DNA of 64,000 bases, taken from positions 1 to 64,000 of IMG/VR virus record IMGVR_UViG_3300027899_000012; one strand, written 5' to 3'. Source of the DNA: a virus. Shown one piece after another: positions 56,071 through 64,000 of this stretch (position 1 is the stretch's first letter; each line of letters begins with the position of its first letter). Position numbers and translations under genes: made by a program. The notes beneath the pieces were generated by a model that was not told where the DNA came from, searched no databases, and worked only from the letters and a program-made list of their open reading frames with translations.

Positions 56071-56460
56071 ATGAGCCGCCTCCCCGAATCCCTCATGGCC
56101 CTGGCCGACGTTCTCGAAGAAGCCCTACTCTTTGACCCGTGCGACTACGACGCGGCCATTGTCGGTTGTGTCGAAAACTCGAAGGGGGAGAAAGTCGTTG
56201 CCTACGACTACGAAAAGCTCGCGGAAATTACCGCGCTCATCTGCGGCGCTTCACCAGGAACCCCGGGCTGGGAAGACGCCTGCGAGGAGGCCATGCAGCA
56301 CGTGGACTACAACATGGTCCGCGGAGCGATGTACATGCAGAACAAGCGAGGCCCGGTCGTGCTCGCGAAGGTTCAGGACGAGCAGGCCCTGCTGGAGGCC
56401 GACGAGGACGACCCGACGGTGATCGTGGAGCTTGCCGGAGAGCGCTGGACGTACGCTTGA
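56071..56460 (+). CDS. Conserved phage hypothetical protein
   Basis: YDAAIVG...VVAYDYEK...EEAM...YN..GA.M...GP pattern. Confidence 0.8.
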   Translation: MSRLPESLMALADVLEEALLFDPCDYDAAIVGCVENSKGEKVVAYDYEKLAEITALICGASPGTPGWEDACEEAMQHVDYNMVRGAMYMQNKRGPVVLAKVQDEQALLEADEDDPTVIVELAGERWTYA

Positions 56461-56645
56461 GCGACTGCCGAGCTTGCGAAGGGCGAGGAAAGGTCTGGGT
56501 CCGGCACTGGGACCCGTGGATCGGCCTTTGCGTGGTCTACGAGGACGTGTGCGAAGCCTGTTACGGCGCCGGAATTGACCTGGCGGACGACGATGCTTGG
56601 GAAGAAGCGGGCCTTCCGAACAAGCCAAAGCCCCGAAGCCGATGA
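56457..56645 (+). CDS. Small CxxCxGxG zinc-finger protein
   Basis: CRACEGRG...CEACYGAG; TTGA coupling. Confidence 0.6.
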   Translation: MSDCRACEGRGKVWVRHWDPWIGLCVVYEDVCEACYGAGIDLADDDAWEEAGLPNKPKPRSR

Positions 56646-56729
56646 GAGCCGCGGGCCTCAGCCCAGGCGAAGGCGAACGCCTGACGCGAAGGGAATGAGT
56701 CATCATTCTACGCGCCTACCCCTTTGCCG

Positions 56730-57173
56730 TCAACCCCCTTCGATCCAGGCTTCGTCCAGCCAGGTGCCAACGTCCGGCAGCGGAGAGTCTCCGTCGATCG
56801 CCCACCACAGGTGCTCGACGCCTTCCTGCTCCGGGTCCTGATCGTGCTTGCCTGCGCAGCCGTACGGCATCATCACGTGCAAAACGATCGCGTGCTCCGG
56901 GTAGAACATGCGATGGAGCAGGTTCAACTCAGAGCGCCTCACGGGCTTGCCGTCCCGGTGGCCGACGATCAGATGCCACCACCTCTTGCCAGAAGCGTCC
57001 TGGGTGCCAACAGCGCGCGCGCACAGGCCGTCATCGCGCTCGTACATCCCCCCGTCGTGGCAGTTCTCAACCCGGGCCCAGCCCTTGGGAAGCCGAGCGG
57101 GCAGGTTAAGAAGGGCCCACGTGATGGGAACGGGCTGGTCCTTGATCATCTTCGCGAGGGTGCCAGGTCGCAT
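56730..57173 (-). CDS. Conserved phage hypothetical protein
   Basis: DASGKRWWHLIV...HLW; TTGACG-17nt-TAGTTT-6nt-ATG. Confidence 0.75.
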   Translation of the reverse strand: MRPGTLAKMIKDQPVPITWALLNLPARLPKGWARVENCHDGGMYERDDGLCARAVGTQDASGKRWWHLIVGHRDGKPVRRSELNLLHRMFYPEHAIVLHVMMPYGCAGKHDQDPEQEGVEHLWWAIDGDSPLPDVGTWLDEAWIEGG

Positions 57174-57262
57174 CCCCGGAAACTACGCGCGTGCGCAGCA
57201 TGCGTCAAGCTCTGACAAAGCGCGATGTTGACGGCACGTCTAGCACGTGATACGCACGTCTC

Positions 57263-57526
57263 ATGTCTGCAGCGACCAGCAAGAAATCGACGAAGACCCC
57301 CAAGCGCGAAACCTACGAGGCGACGGTGATGCTCAGAATCACCAGCGAATTCACCGAGCGGTTGGACAGGGCAGCAGACTTGCTCGCGACCAAGGAGCGA
57401 GCATTCGGGCGCGCGAGGAAAGTTGGCCGGGCGACTGTTGTCTACGAAGCGATGGTGCTAGGGCTTCCATTGCTGGAAAAGGACGTGGCAACGAAGAAGG
57501 GAGCGGCCGATGACGCAGCAGAGTGA
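57263..57526 (+). CDS. Ribbon-helix-helix-like DNA-binding protein
   Basis: Strand TVMLRI then helices EFTERLDRAA and RATVVYEAMVLGL. Confidence 0.65.
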   Translation: MSAATSKKSTKTPKRETYEATVMLRITSEFTERLDRAADLLATKERAFGRARKVGRATVVYEAMVLGLPLLEKDVATKKGAADDAAE

Positions 57527-57902
57527 GGAGAAGCCGGGTCTGGCGAAAGCCGGAGTGCCCGCGGAGATCGCGGAAGTGCAGTCGGAGCCCGCACCCACGA
57601 TCGAAGTGGTCGATGCCCAGGAAATGCTGCTTCAACGCGTCTTGCAGCACGCTTTGAACGTCCTGGTGGCCTTCCGGATCCGCGCCATCGATCGCACCGT
57701 GTACCTGCTCAAGGACATGAGCGCCGAGGATCTAGAAACGGCCGTGTCCGTGGCCGAACTCACCAAGCTCGCGATCGAGCACAAGTGCGAGGGCATCGAC
57801 CTGCTGACCAAGCCGCCCGTGGTAATCGTCACCGAGACGGCCATCCGCGACAGGAACGACACGGTAGTGACCGGTGCAGGCGGGGTTTTCAACGATCGCT
57901 AA
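57510..57902 (+). CDS. Hypothetical protein
   Basis: SD AAGGGAG; overlaps RHH gene. Confidence 0.7.
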   Translation: MTQQSEEKPGLAKAGVPAEIAEVQSEPAPTIEVVDAQEMLLQRVLQHALNVLVAFRIRAIDRTVYLLKDMSAEDLETAVSVAELTKLAIEHKCEGIDLLTKPPVVIVTETAIRDRNDTVVTGAGGVFNDR

Positions 57903-58432
57903 GAGGTCGCGGTATCCGCGGGCAATTCGTCCGCCATCTCGTACTTCGCGAACTTCGTCTTGCTGCCCACGCGTTTGACCACTCCCATCGATTCCAGCCA
58001 CTTCATCGCCATCCGAACCCGGAACCGGCTCACGCCGAAGCTCCGAAGGTGATCGTGCGCTTCGGTCAGCGAAACGGGCGCTCCGATCGAAATCATGAAA
58101 TCTCGAAGCTCGGACCGGATCATGTCCGGAGACGTGTCCTGCATGCAGGCAGGCCCGCGAGCGTCCGAGTTTCGGGCTTTGCGGAGCGACTTGGCGACGC
58201 GCGCTCGCTGGTAGCCAGGCCCTGACAGGTGATTGCCTCCCCTGCCCTCCGCCGTGATCGTGAGGCGCACGTCTCCTTCGGCGACCGGAACGGCCGACAG
58301 TCCGCGCGCGAACTCGATGTGCAGCTGCGCGTGCATGACCGCAAGAGAATCAGCCACGTCCGCGGGGTAGTATCGCTCGAATACTTCCTTGAAACCCCGC
58401 TTCAAATGCATGTGATTGATTGTGTCTGGCAC
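57899..58432 (-). CDS. Protein with C-terminal winged-helix-like domain
   Basis: VRMAMKWLESMGVVKRVGSKTKFAKY. Confidence 0.65.
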   Translation of the reverse strand: MPDTINHMHLKRGFKEVFERYYPADVADSLAVMHAQLHIEFARGLSAVPVAEGDVRLTITAEGRGGNHLSGPGYQRARVAKSLRKARNSDARGPACMQDTSPDMIRSELRDFMISIGAPVSLTEAHDHLRSFGVSRFRVRMAMKWLESMGVVKRVGSKTKFAKYEMADELPADTATS

Positions 58433-58468
58433 GTGCTAAGCATCGCATGATGCTTCGCCAGGCGCAAC

Positions 58469-59179
58469 CTACCGTCGGGGTGGGCCGCCGAAAGCTTCCC
58501 AAATTCGCCCGGTGATATCCCAATGGATGTCGGCGAAGAAGAATCCCACCGTGGCGAGGCAGAAAACGACGACGCCCGCTTGCATGCCCACTCCGACTTC
58601 TCCGCCCACGGCTGGTCGGGCCAGGCCCATGTTGGCGAACGTGTTGGCCGCGCGCACGAAGTTCGCGACGTAGTCGTTCTGGCCGTACATGCCCAGAATG
58701 CCGGGGCCCGAAGTCATACCGGTGTCCTTGCACGCGCTGCCACCGTTGTAGGCCTTGACGCCCGAGAGAACGCATCCTCCGTGCGCGGCCGTGTTTTTCA
58801 GGATCACGTCGGCCGCATCCGGGATCTGATCGGCCGGGTTCGACATGTAGTACGAGCAGTCGGGGTGGCCGTACATTCTGCAGGTGAAAGGCATGAACTG
58901 CATCAACCCGCACGCGCCAGCAGACGAGCACAGTTTCGGGTTGCCGCCCGTCTCGATCTTCATGATCGCGACCAGCCACGAGGTCGGGATCGAGTATTTG
59001 TCGGCGGCGGCCTGGATCGGGACGCCCCAGTCTTCCCAAATCTTCGCGATCTGCTTGCCGTGCGCTCCCGCTGCGTCCCAGGCGGGGAAGCCTGCCCCCT
59101 CCACTTCAAAGCGGCCGTCGGGCAGCCAGCGGTAGGGCACGCCGCAGGGGTTGTGCCAGGTATTCGGGGCGATGAGCAT
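58469..59179 (-). CDS. Lytic transglycosylase (SLT) with C-terminal TM anchor
   Basis: AIMKIETGGNP..SSAGACGLMQFMP, AYNGG, YV. Confidence 0.93.
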   Translation of the reverse strand: MLIAPNTWHNPCGVPYRWLPDGRFEVEGAGFPAWDAAGAHGKQIAKIWEDWGVPIQAAADKYSIPTSWLVAIMKIETGGNPKLCSSAGACGLMQFMPFTCRMYGHPDCSYYMSNPADQIPDAADVILKNTAAHGGCVLSGVKAYNGGSACKDTGMTSGPGILGMYGQNDYVANFVRAANTFANMGLARPAVGGEVGVGMQAGVVVFCLATVGFFFADIHWDITGRIWEAFGGPPRR

Positions 59180-59235
59180 GTCCCCGAGGATAGCGGCGTT
59201 GTGGCGATCGCGGGAGTGCGCGTACCATGTGCACC

Positions 59236-59841
59236 ATGGAAGTGCAGTGGAAGTGGGTGATGATTGCGGGCGGCGTGATCGTGGCGGTGCCCGTGATCGC
59301 GTACCTGCTGGAACGAAACGCCCTGGCGGCACTCCCCGTTGGGGTCCCCGGCACAACCGGGGGGACAGCCAACGCGCAGTCGCAGGCGAACTTCGGGCCC
59401 CTTGAATTCGTGCCAGACCCGCAGTCGAACAACCCGGAGGCGATCAAGATCACCAACGGCTGGGCCGAAGCGAATGTCGTGAGCGTCCCGATCCCGCAGC
59501 TGGGCAAGAACGTCGCCTGGCACCGGAAATGCGCTGACCAGCTGGTGCAGCTGTTCGACGCCTGGGAGCAGGCTGGGCTGATCGGACAGATCATCACATG
59601 GGGCGGCTCTTGGAACCCGCGCTTCGTGAGAGGTAGCCGCACCAGTCTCTCCAACCACGCGTTCGCCACAGCATTCGACATCAACGCGCAATGGAACCCC
59701 ATGGGCAGCCCGGCAGCGGCATCCGGCGAGTACGGCAGCGTGCAAGACCTCGCATTGATCGCCAAGTCTCTCGGCTGGCGCTGGGGAGGGGATTACACCG
59801 GAAGGCCCGACGGGATGCACTTCGAGCGGCTGTCCTGCTGA
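59236..59841 (+). CDS. M15-family peptidoglycan peptidase with N-terminal TM
   Basis: R...SNHAFATAFDIN...WGGDY...DGMHFE. Confidence 0.92.
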   Translation: MEVQWKWVMIAGGVIVAVPVIAYLLERNALAALPVGVPGTTGGTANAQSQANFGPLEFVPDPQSNNPEAIKITNGWAEANVVSVPIPQLGKNVAWHRKCADQLVQLFDAWEQAGLIGQIITWGGSWNPRFVRGSRTSLSNHAFATAFDINAQWNPMGSPAAASGEYGSVQDLALIAKSLGWRWGGDYTGRPDGMHFERLSC

Positions 59842-61108
59842 GCCAGATCGTTCTGGATCTTATTTATATGGCGTGGTAGACATGAGTGGTGTCGCACAGA
59901 AACATCGAGATCGCGTGGACTCCAAACGGAAAAGCCGCTTGGGCGACGTTCACGGCCAGTCGCAAGGAGGCTGCTCGTCTTTGGTGCGATCTCGTCAAGC
60001 GCCACGCGCGTCTTCGTCGGCTTAACTGGAAATGGCCGTCACTTTCTCGCTGGCAGCGCTGGGGCAAAAAGCGGTATCCGGGATTGCTAGCGCAGAGCGT
60101 TCAACAGATCATTACGGAATTCTGCGAAGCCGTGAATTCGGCGACGCAACTGCGCAAGCGGGGTCACGCCGACGCTCGCTACCCATGTCGACTTCCGAAG
60201 TATCACGACGTCACGTACACGAATCAGGGTGCCCGCATTCGCGATGGAAATTTGTTTTTGCCAAATGGCAAGAGCGGTACGCTGCGTGTAAAGATACCCA
60301 GCACGCTAACGCTGCCGGGACGATTGATGGAAGTACAGGTGGCTTTCGGGCGAGTACTTATCTCGTGCGAGATAGCCGATGATGTGCGCCACGTCTCGGG
60401 CGTGATAGGGGTGGATCTCGGCGTGAATACGCTGATCGCGGCAGGCGACGACCAGCGCGCCGTACTGGTGAGTGGGAGAGAAGCCAAGGCCACGGTGCAG
60501 TGGCGTGCCAAGAAGCTCGCGTCGATATGGTCGGCACAATCTTCGCGAACGAAGGGCTCGCGGCGGTGGAGGCGACTGGAACGCAGAAAACATCGCATGC
60601 TCGACAAAGCGCAGTTCCGTATCCGAGACATCACGCACAAGGCGACGAGAATCGTCGCGGACGCCTTCCCGCGCGCCAGTGCAGTGGTGGGAAAGCCATT
60701 CAACGGCGCTGGCGACAAACTAGGAAAAAAACAAGCTCAGCAAGTGTCTCAGGCCTGCAACGCGAAAATAATCGCGTTGCTAGATTACAAGTGTTCGGGA
60801 GCTGTGGAAATCCCCGAGCCGTACACCTCGCAGACCTGTCCGGTATGCGGGGAGCGTCGCCGCTGTGGGCGAGTCTTTCGGTGTGCGTGCGGACTAGTGG
60901 TCCCGCGCGACGTGGTTGGTTTTACGAACATTCGACGAATCGGGTTGCGCGGGAGGATGGCCCCGTCTCCCGAGGTTGCAACAAACATCATGTTTGTGAG
61001 GCCGACTCGCAAGTATCCCGTGGCAGCACGGGTAGTTCCGGCGGAACCCCGGCAAGTAGCTCAGGCTCAAGCCTGAGAAGCCCCATCCTTCGGGATGGGG
61101 AGGTTCAC
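59842..61108 (+). mobile_element. IS200/IS605-family tnpB-only element (left end approximate)
   Basis: tnpB, right-end hairpin CCCCATCC-TTCG-GGATGGGG and terminal TTCAC; no tnpA in window. Confidence 0.75.
59886..61076 (+). CDS. tnpB: RNA-guided endonuclease TnpB
   Basis: AQSVQQ, GVDLGV, HKATR, EPYTSQTCPVCG, CACG, RDVVGFTNI. Confidence 0.93.
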   Translation: MVSHRNIEIAWTPNGKAAWATFTASRKEAARLWCDLVKRHARLRRLNWKWPSLSRWQRWGKKRYPGLLAQSVQQIITEFCEAVNSATQLRKRGHADARYPCRLPKYHDVTYTNQGARIRDGNLFLPNGKSGTLRVKIPSTLTLPGRLMEVQVAFGRVLISCEIADDVRHVSGVIGVDLGVNTLIAAGDDQRAVLVSGREAKATVQWRAKKLASIWSAQSSRTKGSRRWRRLERRKHRMLDKAQFRIRDITHKATRIVADAFPRASAVVGKPFNGAGDKLGKKQAQQVSQACNAKIIALLDYKCSGAVEIPEPYTSQTCPVCGERRRCGRVFRCACGLVVPRDVVGFTNIRRIGLRGRMAPSPEVATNIMFVRPTRKYPVAARVVPAEPRQVAQAQA

Positions 61109-61128
61109 CAGTGGGGTGGTGGTCGCGT
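60960..61128 (+). ncRNA. Predicted omegaRNA/reRNA scaffold plus guide (5' end approximate)
   Basis: By analogy with known TnpB loci; predicted guide 61109-61128 CAGTGGGGTGGTGGTCGCGT. Confidence 0.5.
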
Positions 61129-61220
61129 GGGAGGGGGATAGGGGCCAAGTTCTCGCTGGTTTAGGTCATTTCGGCTGAGCGCGGTTGTGCGCCGCTTGCC
61201 TATCGACGTACCATAGGCCC

Positions 61221-61994
61221 GTGGACTACCGCGCCTCAACCCCCTGGCTTCTCGGCGGCATCTTGATGCTCACCGGCGTCGGCATCGTGTACGCGATGCG
61301 ACAAGGAGCCGGCGTGTGCAACGTCTCGGTGCGGCCGGGAGACCGGGTGCTGCTGTTCGGTGACAGCCTGGCCGTAGGTCTCTCGGCTCCGTTCCGATCG
61401 GTCGCCAAGCAGGGAGGATGCGATTTCACTTCCCAGGCCGAAACGAGCACGAGCATGGCGCAGTGGCTCAGCGAGCCACGCCAATCGCAGCTGCAGGCGC
61501 TGATGGCTTCTTTTCAGCCGACAGTCGTGCTGGTGAGCCTTGGGACGAACGACTCCAAGGGAAACGCGGAGACGTCGAGACTCGCCGCCCAGATCGTGCA
61601 GATCCGAGACTGGATCGCGAGCACCGGCGCCAAGCTGGTCTGGGTGCTGCCCCCGAAGCTTCCCTTCCCCGAACGCGTGAGCGCTGGCGTTCGAGCCGCA
61701 GGCATTGACGGCTTTCCGTCAGCGAACCTCCCCTTGCCCCAGGTGGACGGAATCCATCTGACGGGGCGAGGATACGCGGGGTGGGCCGAACACATCTGGG
61801 CCTTCCTCAGTTGCTCTCCCACGCCCTCGGACGCCCTGGCGGGGCTGGGCGCGGCGCTGCATCCTGTCCTGCCGTCGTTCATGGTCCCTGCGCGGCCGGC
61901 GCGAGTTCAGCAGACTACGCAGGCGCAGCAGCAGATGCAGCAGAGGTCGCGGAGCAACAAGAGAAGGCGGGGCAAGAAGCGGAGGATGGGCTAG
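61221..61994 (+). CDS. SGNH/GDSL hydrolase with N-terminal TM
   Basis: GDSL, SLGTND, DGIHLTGRGY; TTGTGC-18nt-TACCAT-6nt-GTG. Confidence 0.9.
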   Translation: MDYRASTPWLLGGILMLTGVGIVYAMRQGAGVCNVSVRPGDRVLLFGDSLAVGLSAPFRSVAKQGGCDFTSQAETSTSMAQWLSEPRQSQLQALMASFQPTVVLVSLGTNDSKGNAETSRLAAQIVQIRDWIASTGAKLVWVLPPKLPFPERVSAGVRAAGIDGFPSANLPLPQVDGIHLTGRGYAGWAEHIWAFLSCSPTPSDALAGLGAALHPVLPSFMVPARPARVQQTTQAQQQMQQRSRSNKRRRGKKRRMG

Positions 61995-62353
61995 TACGCG
62001 CAGCCGATGCATGTCGGCGGCATGTCCAGTTGCGATCCCGAAGGACCGCCGGGCAGAAGCTTCGCGCACGAGATGGCTCCCAAGTCGTGGATGCAATCGT
62101 TGCAGTATCCCGTGGCCGGAGTGTTGCACCCTCCTTTGCAGCAGTCGGTGACCTCGGCCTGGGTAGGGCTCTCGCAGGATTGCCCCGGAGACAGGCTCAG
62201 CCCGCACTGCACGAGCTTGGTGCACAGAACGCTCATAACGTCCTCGCAAACTCCGTAAACGGTGTAGGTGTTTGCGGCCGGTTTGGGGCTCGAATCAGAA
62301 GATGAGCACGCTGAAAGAGCAGCGAGCATCGAAATTAGAATCGACAGTTTCAT
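61991..62353 (-). CDS. Cys-rich lipoprotein
   Basis: Signal peptide with lipobox LSAC; about 10 further Cys. Confidence 0.8.
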   Translation of the reverse strand: MKLSILISMLAALSACSSSDSSPKPAANTYTVYGVCEDVMSVLCTKLVQCGLSLSPGQSCESPTQAEVTDCCKGGCNTPATGYCNDCIHDLGAISCAKLLPGGPSGSQLDMPPTCIGCAY

Positions 62354-62376
62354 GGGTGTCCGACTTTCTGTTGCAC

Positions 62377-62769
62377 TCACGCCTTCGCTCCGGGCTTGCC
62401 GCCGGTTAGAGTTGCTTCCATGGCCGAAATGAACGATCCGAACGCCGGCCCTCCCGGGTCGAGACCGTAGAGCTTGAACAGGGCGCGGAGGTCGTTAGCG
62501 AGCCGCGCTTCCCAACCCGGGGTGCCGAGATGCTTCTCCGGTGCGGCAGGCATAGGGAAGATGATCTTGTTCTTGCCGTTGAGTGTGCACCCCCAGCAAG
62601 TTCCGTGTTTCTCGTGATGCGCGTACACAGTATCAAACATGGCCCCAACCCTCCCGGTGCCAGGGCAGTGGTTTTCCTCGATGTCCTCCTGCGCGCTGTA
62701 CCCACCTTCTTCGTCGTCGGGGACTTCCACTTCAATCTCGTACGTGCATCGAACTCGAACCTTTCTCAC
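62377..62769 (-). CDS. Hypothetical protein
   Basis: GTGA coupling; SD GGAGG; EENHCPGTG. Confidence 0.65.
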   Translation of the reverse strand: MRKVRVRCTYEIEVEVPDDEEGGYSAQEDIEENHCPGTGRVGAMFDTVYAHHEKHGTCWGCTLNGKNKIIFPMPAAPEKHLGTPGWEARLANDLRALFKLYGLDPGGPAFGSFISAMEATLTGGKPGAKA

Positions 62770-63551
62770 TTTGCACCTCCGCCCTTGGCCGCAGCTTCCG
62801 CCCTTCGAGCGGCCACGGCCTCGTCGTGCTTGATCTGCGCTTGCCTCATCGCAGGCAGCACTTCTTCGAGCCTGTGAGGCAGCTTCGGTGCCATGGCGAG
62901 AAGGATGCGACCGGCCGCGTAGGCGTCGCCCTTGGCCCGGTGCTTGTGCCAGTCGCCGACCCCCCACCTCTCTGCTACCGAGGCCAATCCCCTTCCCTTT
63001 GCGCTCGGATTGAGCACGATGTCGAGCGCCATCGTGTCCAGAATCACCTTGTGCTCGCTTTCGATTTCGTCGAGGGAAGCTTCGGAAGGCTTGATCGTGC
63101 CGGCAGCGAGGCACCTGGTGATCTCGACTTGAAGCATGCGCTGGTCAAATCGAGCGTTGTGGGCCACGCGAACGGCCGCCTGGTGAAAGACGTGCCTCAC
63201 GAGCCAGAAATTCTGGGCAAATGTTGGCGCTGTTGCGATGTCGGCGACAGTCAAACCGTTGACCCCAAGCGCCTCCACAACCCGGGCGTCGGTCGTGTCT
63301 ATCGAGCCGGGGTTCACGAAGAACGCCCAGTCAACGACCTTGACGCCATCCTCCCAAAGTACGGCACCGAATTCAAGGATGCGAGCGTCGTCGTCCGTTC
63401 CGGTGGTCTCGGTGTCGAACGCGACGATCCTGTGCGCCCACGAGGGCAAGACGACCGGCGCGGGCGGGGGCTTGGGCGGAGGGGGTTTGGCCGCTGGCAG
63501 CTTCGCGCCCTCGTCTGGCGGCATGATGAAGTCGTCGTTGGGATCGCTCAT
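62766..63551 (-). CDS. DEDDh 3'-5' exonuclease (DnaQ-like)
   Basis: AFDTETTG, AHNARFD, LDT, HRAKGDA. Confidence 0.93.
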   Translation of the reverse strand: MSDPNDDFIMPPDEGAKLPAAKPPPPKPPPAPVVLPSWAHRIVAFDTETTGTDDDARILEFGAVLWEDGVKVVDWAFFVNPGSIDTTDARVVEALGVNGLTVADIATAPTFAQNFWLVRHVFHQAAVRVAHNARFDQRMLQVEITRCLAAGTIKPSEASLDEIESEHKVILDTMALDIVLNPSAKGRGLASVAERWGVGDWHKHRAKGDAYAAGRILLAMAPKLPHRLEEVLPAMRQAQIKHDEAVAARRAEAAAKGGGAK

Positions 63552-63553
63552 GG

Positions 63554-64000
63554 CTAGTTGTTTCCCGGGGGAGGGGTGCTGCGGAGCATGTGTGCTCCCT
63601 CCGGCTCCATCACGGTCGCAAAGCCGTCCCACTCGTCGATCGCGGTCAAGCCGAAGGATGCGATCTGGCTCGACTCAGTCAGGCCGTACTGGTTGGCGAG
63701 CGAGCATCCCACCACGTACCAGGGGCACGCGAGATCGGAGTCAGGAAGGCAGTCGATCCCGTTCTTCACCAGGAAGCGAATCATCCCGGCCAGGTACGCC
63801 AGAAGCGGAGCGATCGCTTCAGCTTTCACTCCAGCGTGAGGGTTAGGGGAAAGCCTCTTGAATGATTCGACTGCGGCTGCGCGGTAGTCGGCCATCAGCT
63901 GAGCAAGCGGCGTAGGAGAGCCCACAACCCTGGCCTTCGGGGGAAGGCGTTCGACGATGTTGTCTCGCTCCGGCTTGCCATGCCCTCCCCGGCATATTCC
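63554..64000 (-). CDS. Hypothetical protein, probably 5'-truncated by window end
   Basis: Frame is open to position 64000. Confidence 0.6.
   Translation of the reverse strand, partial: GICRGGHGKPERDNIVERLPPKARVVGSPTPLAQLMADYRAAAVESFKRLSPNPHAGVKAEAIAPLLAYLAGMIRFLVKNGIDCLPDSDLACPWYVVGCSLANQYGLTESSQIASFGLTAIDEWDGFATVMEPEGAHMLRSTPPPGNN

Noticed and set aside
59996-60010. GCGC-CAC-GCGC inside tnpB as another leader hairpin
   Set aside because: Only a 4-bp stem, inside a plus-strand gene, with no downstream SD or start; shows the chance background for short stems.
1-64000. CRISPR array, tRNA or rRNA genes
   Set aside because: No regularly spaced repeat-spacer units or convincing cloverleaf seen by eye; the three hairpins at 1744-1810 lack tRNA D/T-loop consensus.

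Overview
A gene-dense, GC-rich 64 kb piece of a large virus or provirus-like element. I see no housekeeping genes, rRNA, tRNA or CRISPR array, and no recognisable terminase, portal, HK97 capsid, tape-measure or tail genes. Layout: (1) 1-11 kb (+): tandemly duplicated candidate capsid proteins, small membrane proteins, a J-domain protein and two GT4 glycosyltransferases; (2) 11-21 kb (-): cassette of LamG-like/beta-rich receptor-binding proteins, one with an SGNH domain; (3) 21-31 kb (-): a 1469-aa tyrosine recombinase, an SNF2 helicase and a YkgJ-type protein; (4) 31-45 kb (-): early-type region of small genes headed by a Ycf46-like AAA / DUF1257 / DUF2997 / DUF3150-like module; (5) 45-64 kb: small hypotheticals, an RHH regulator, membrane-anchored cell-wall enzymes, a solo tnpB and a DEDD exonuclease. 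Main new signals: a 5-8 bp hairpin with a GUG (once AUG) triloop whose loop sits 24-28 nt upstream of nine early-gene start codons; an AAA+ ATPase with Walker B ahead of Walker A; a recurring [LI]xG[LFM]G motif in putative virion membrane proteins; and many leaderless promoters. A tailless, membrane-containing virus of a high-GC host (possibly Myxococcota) is my inference, not something shown. Family calls come from motif recognition by eye.
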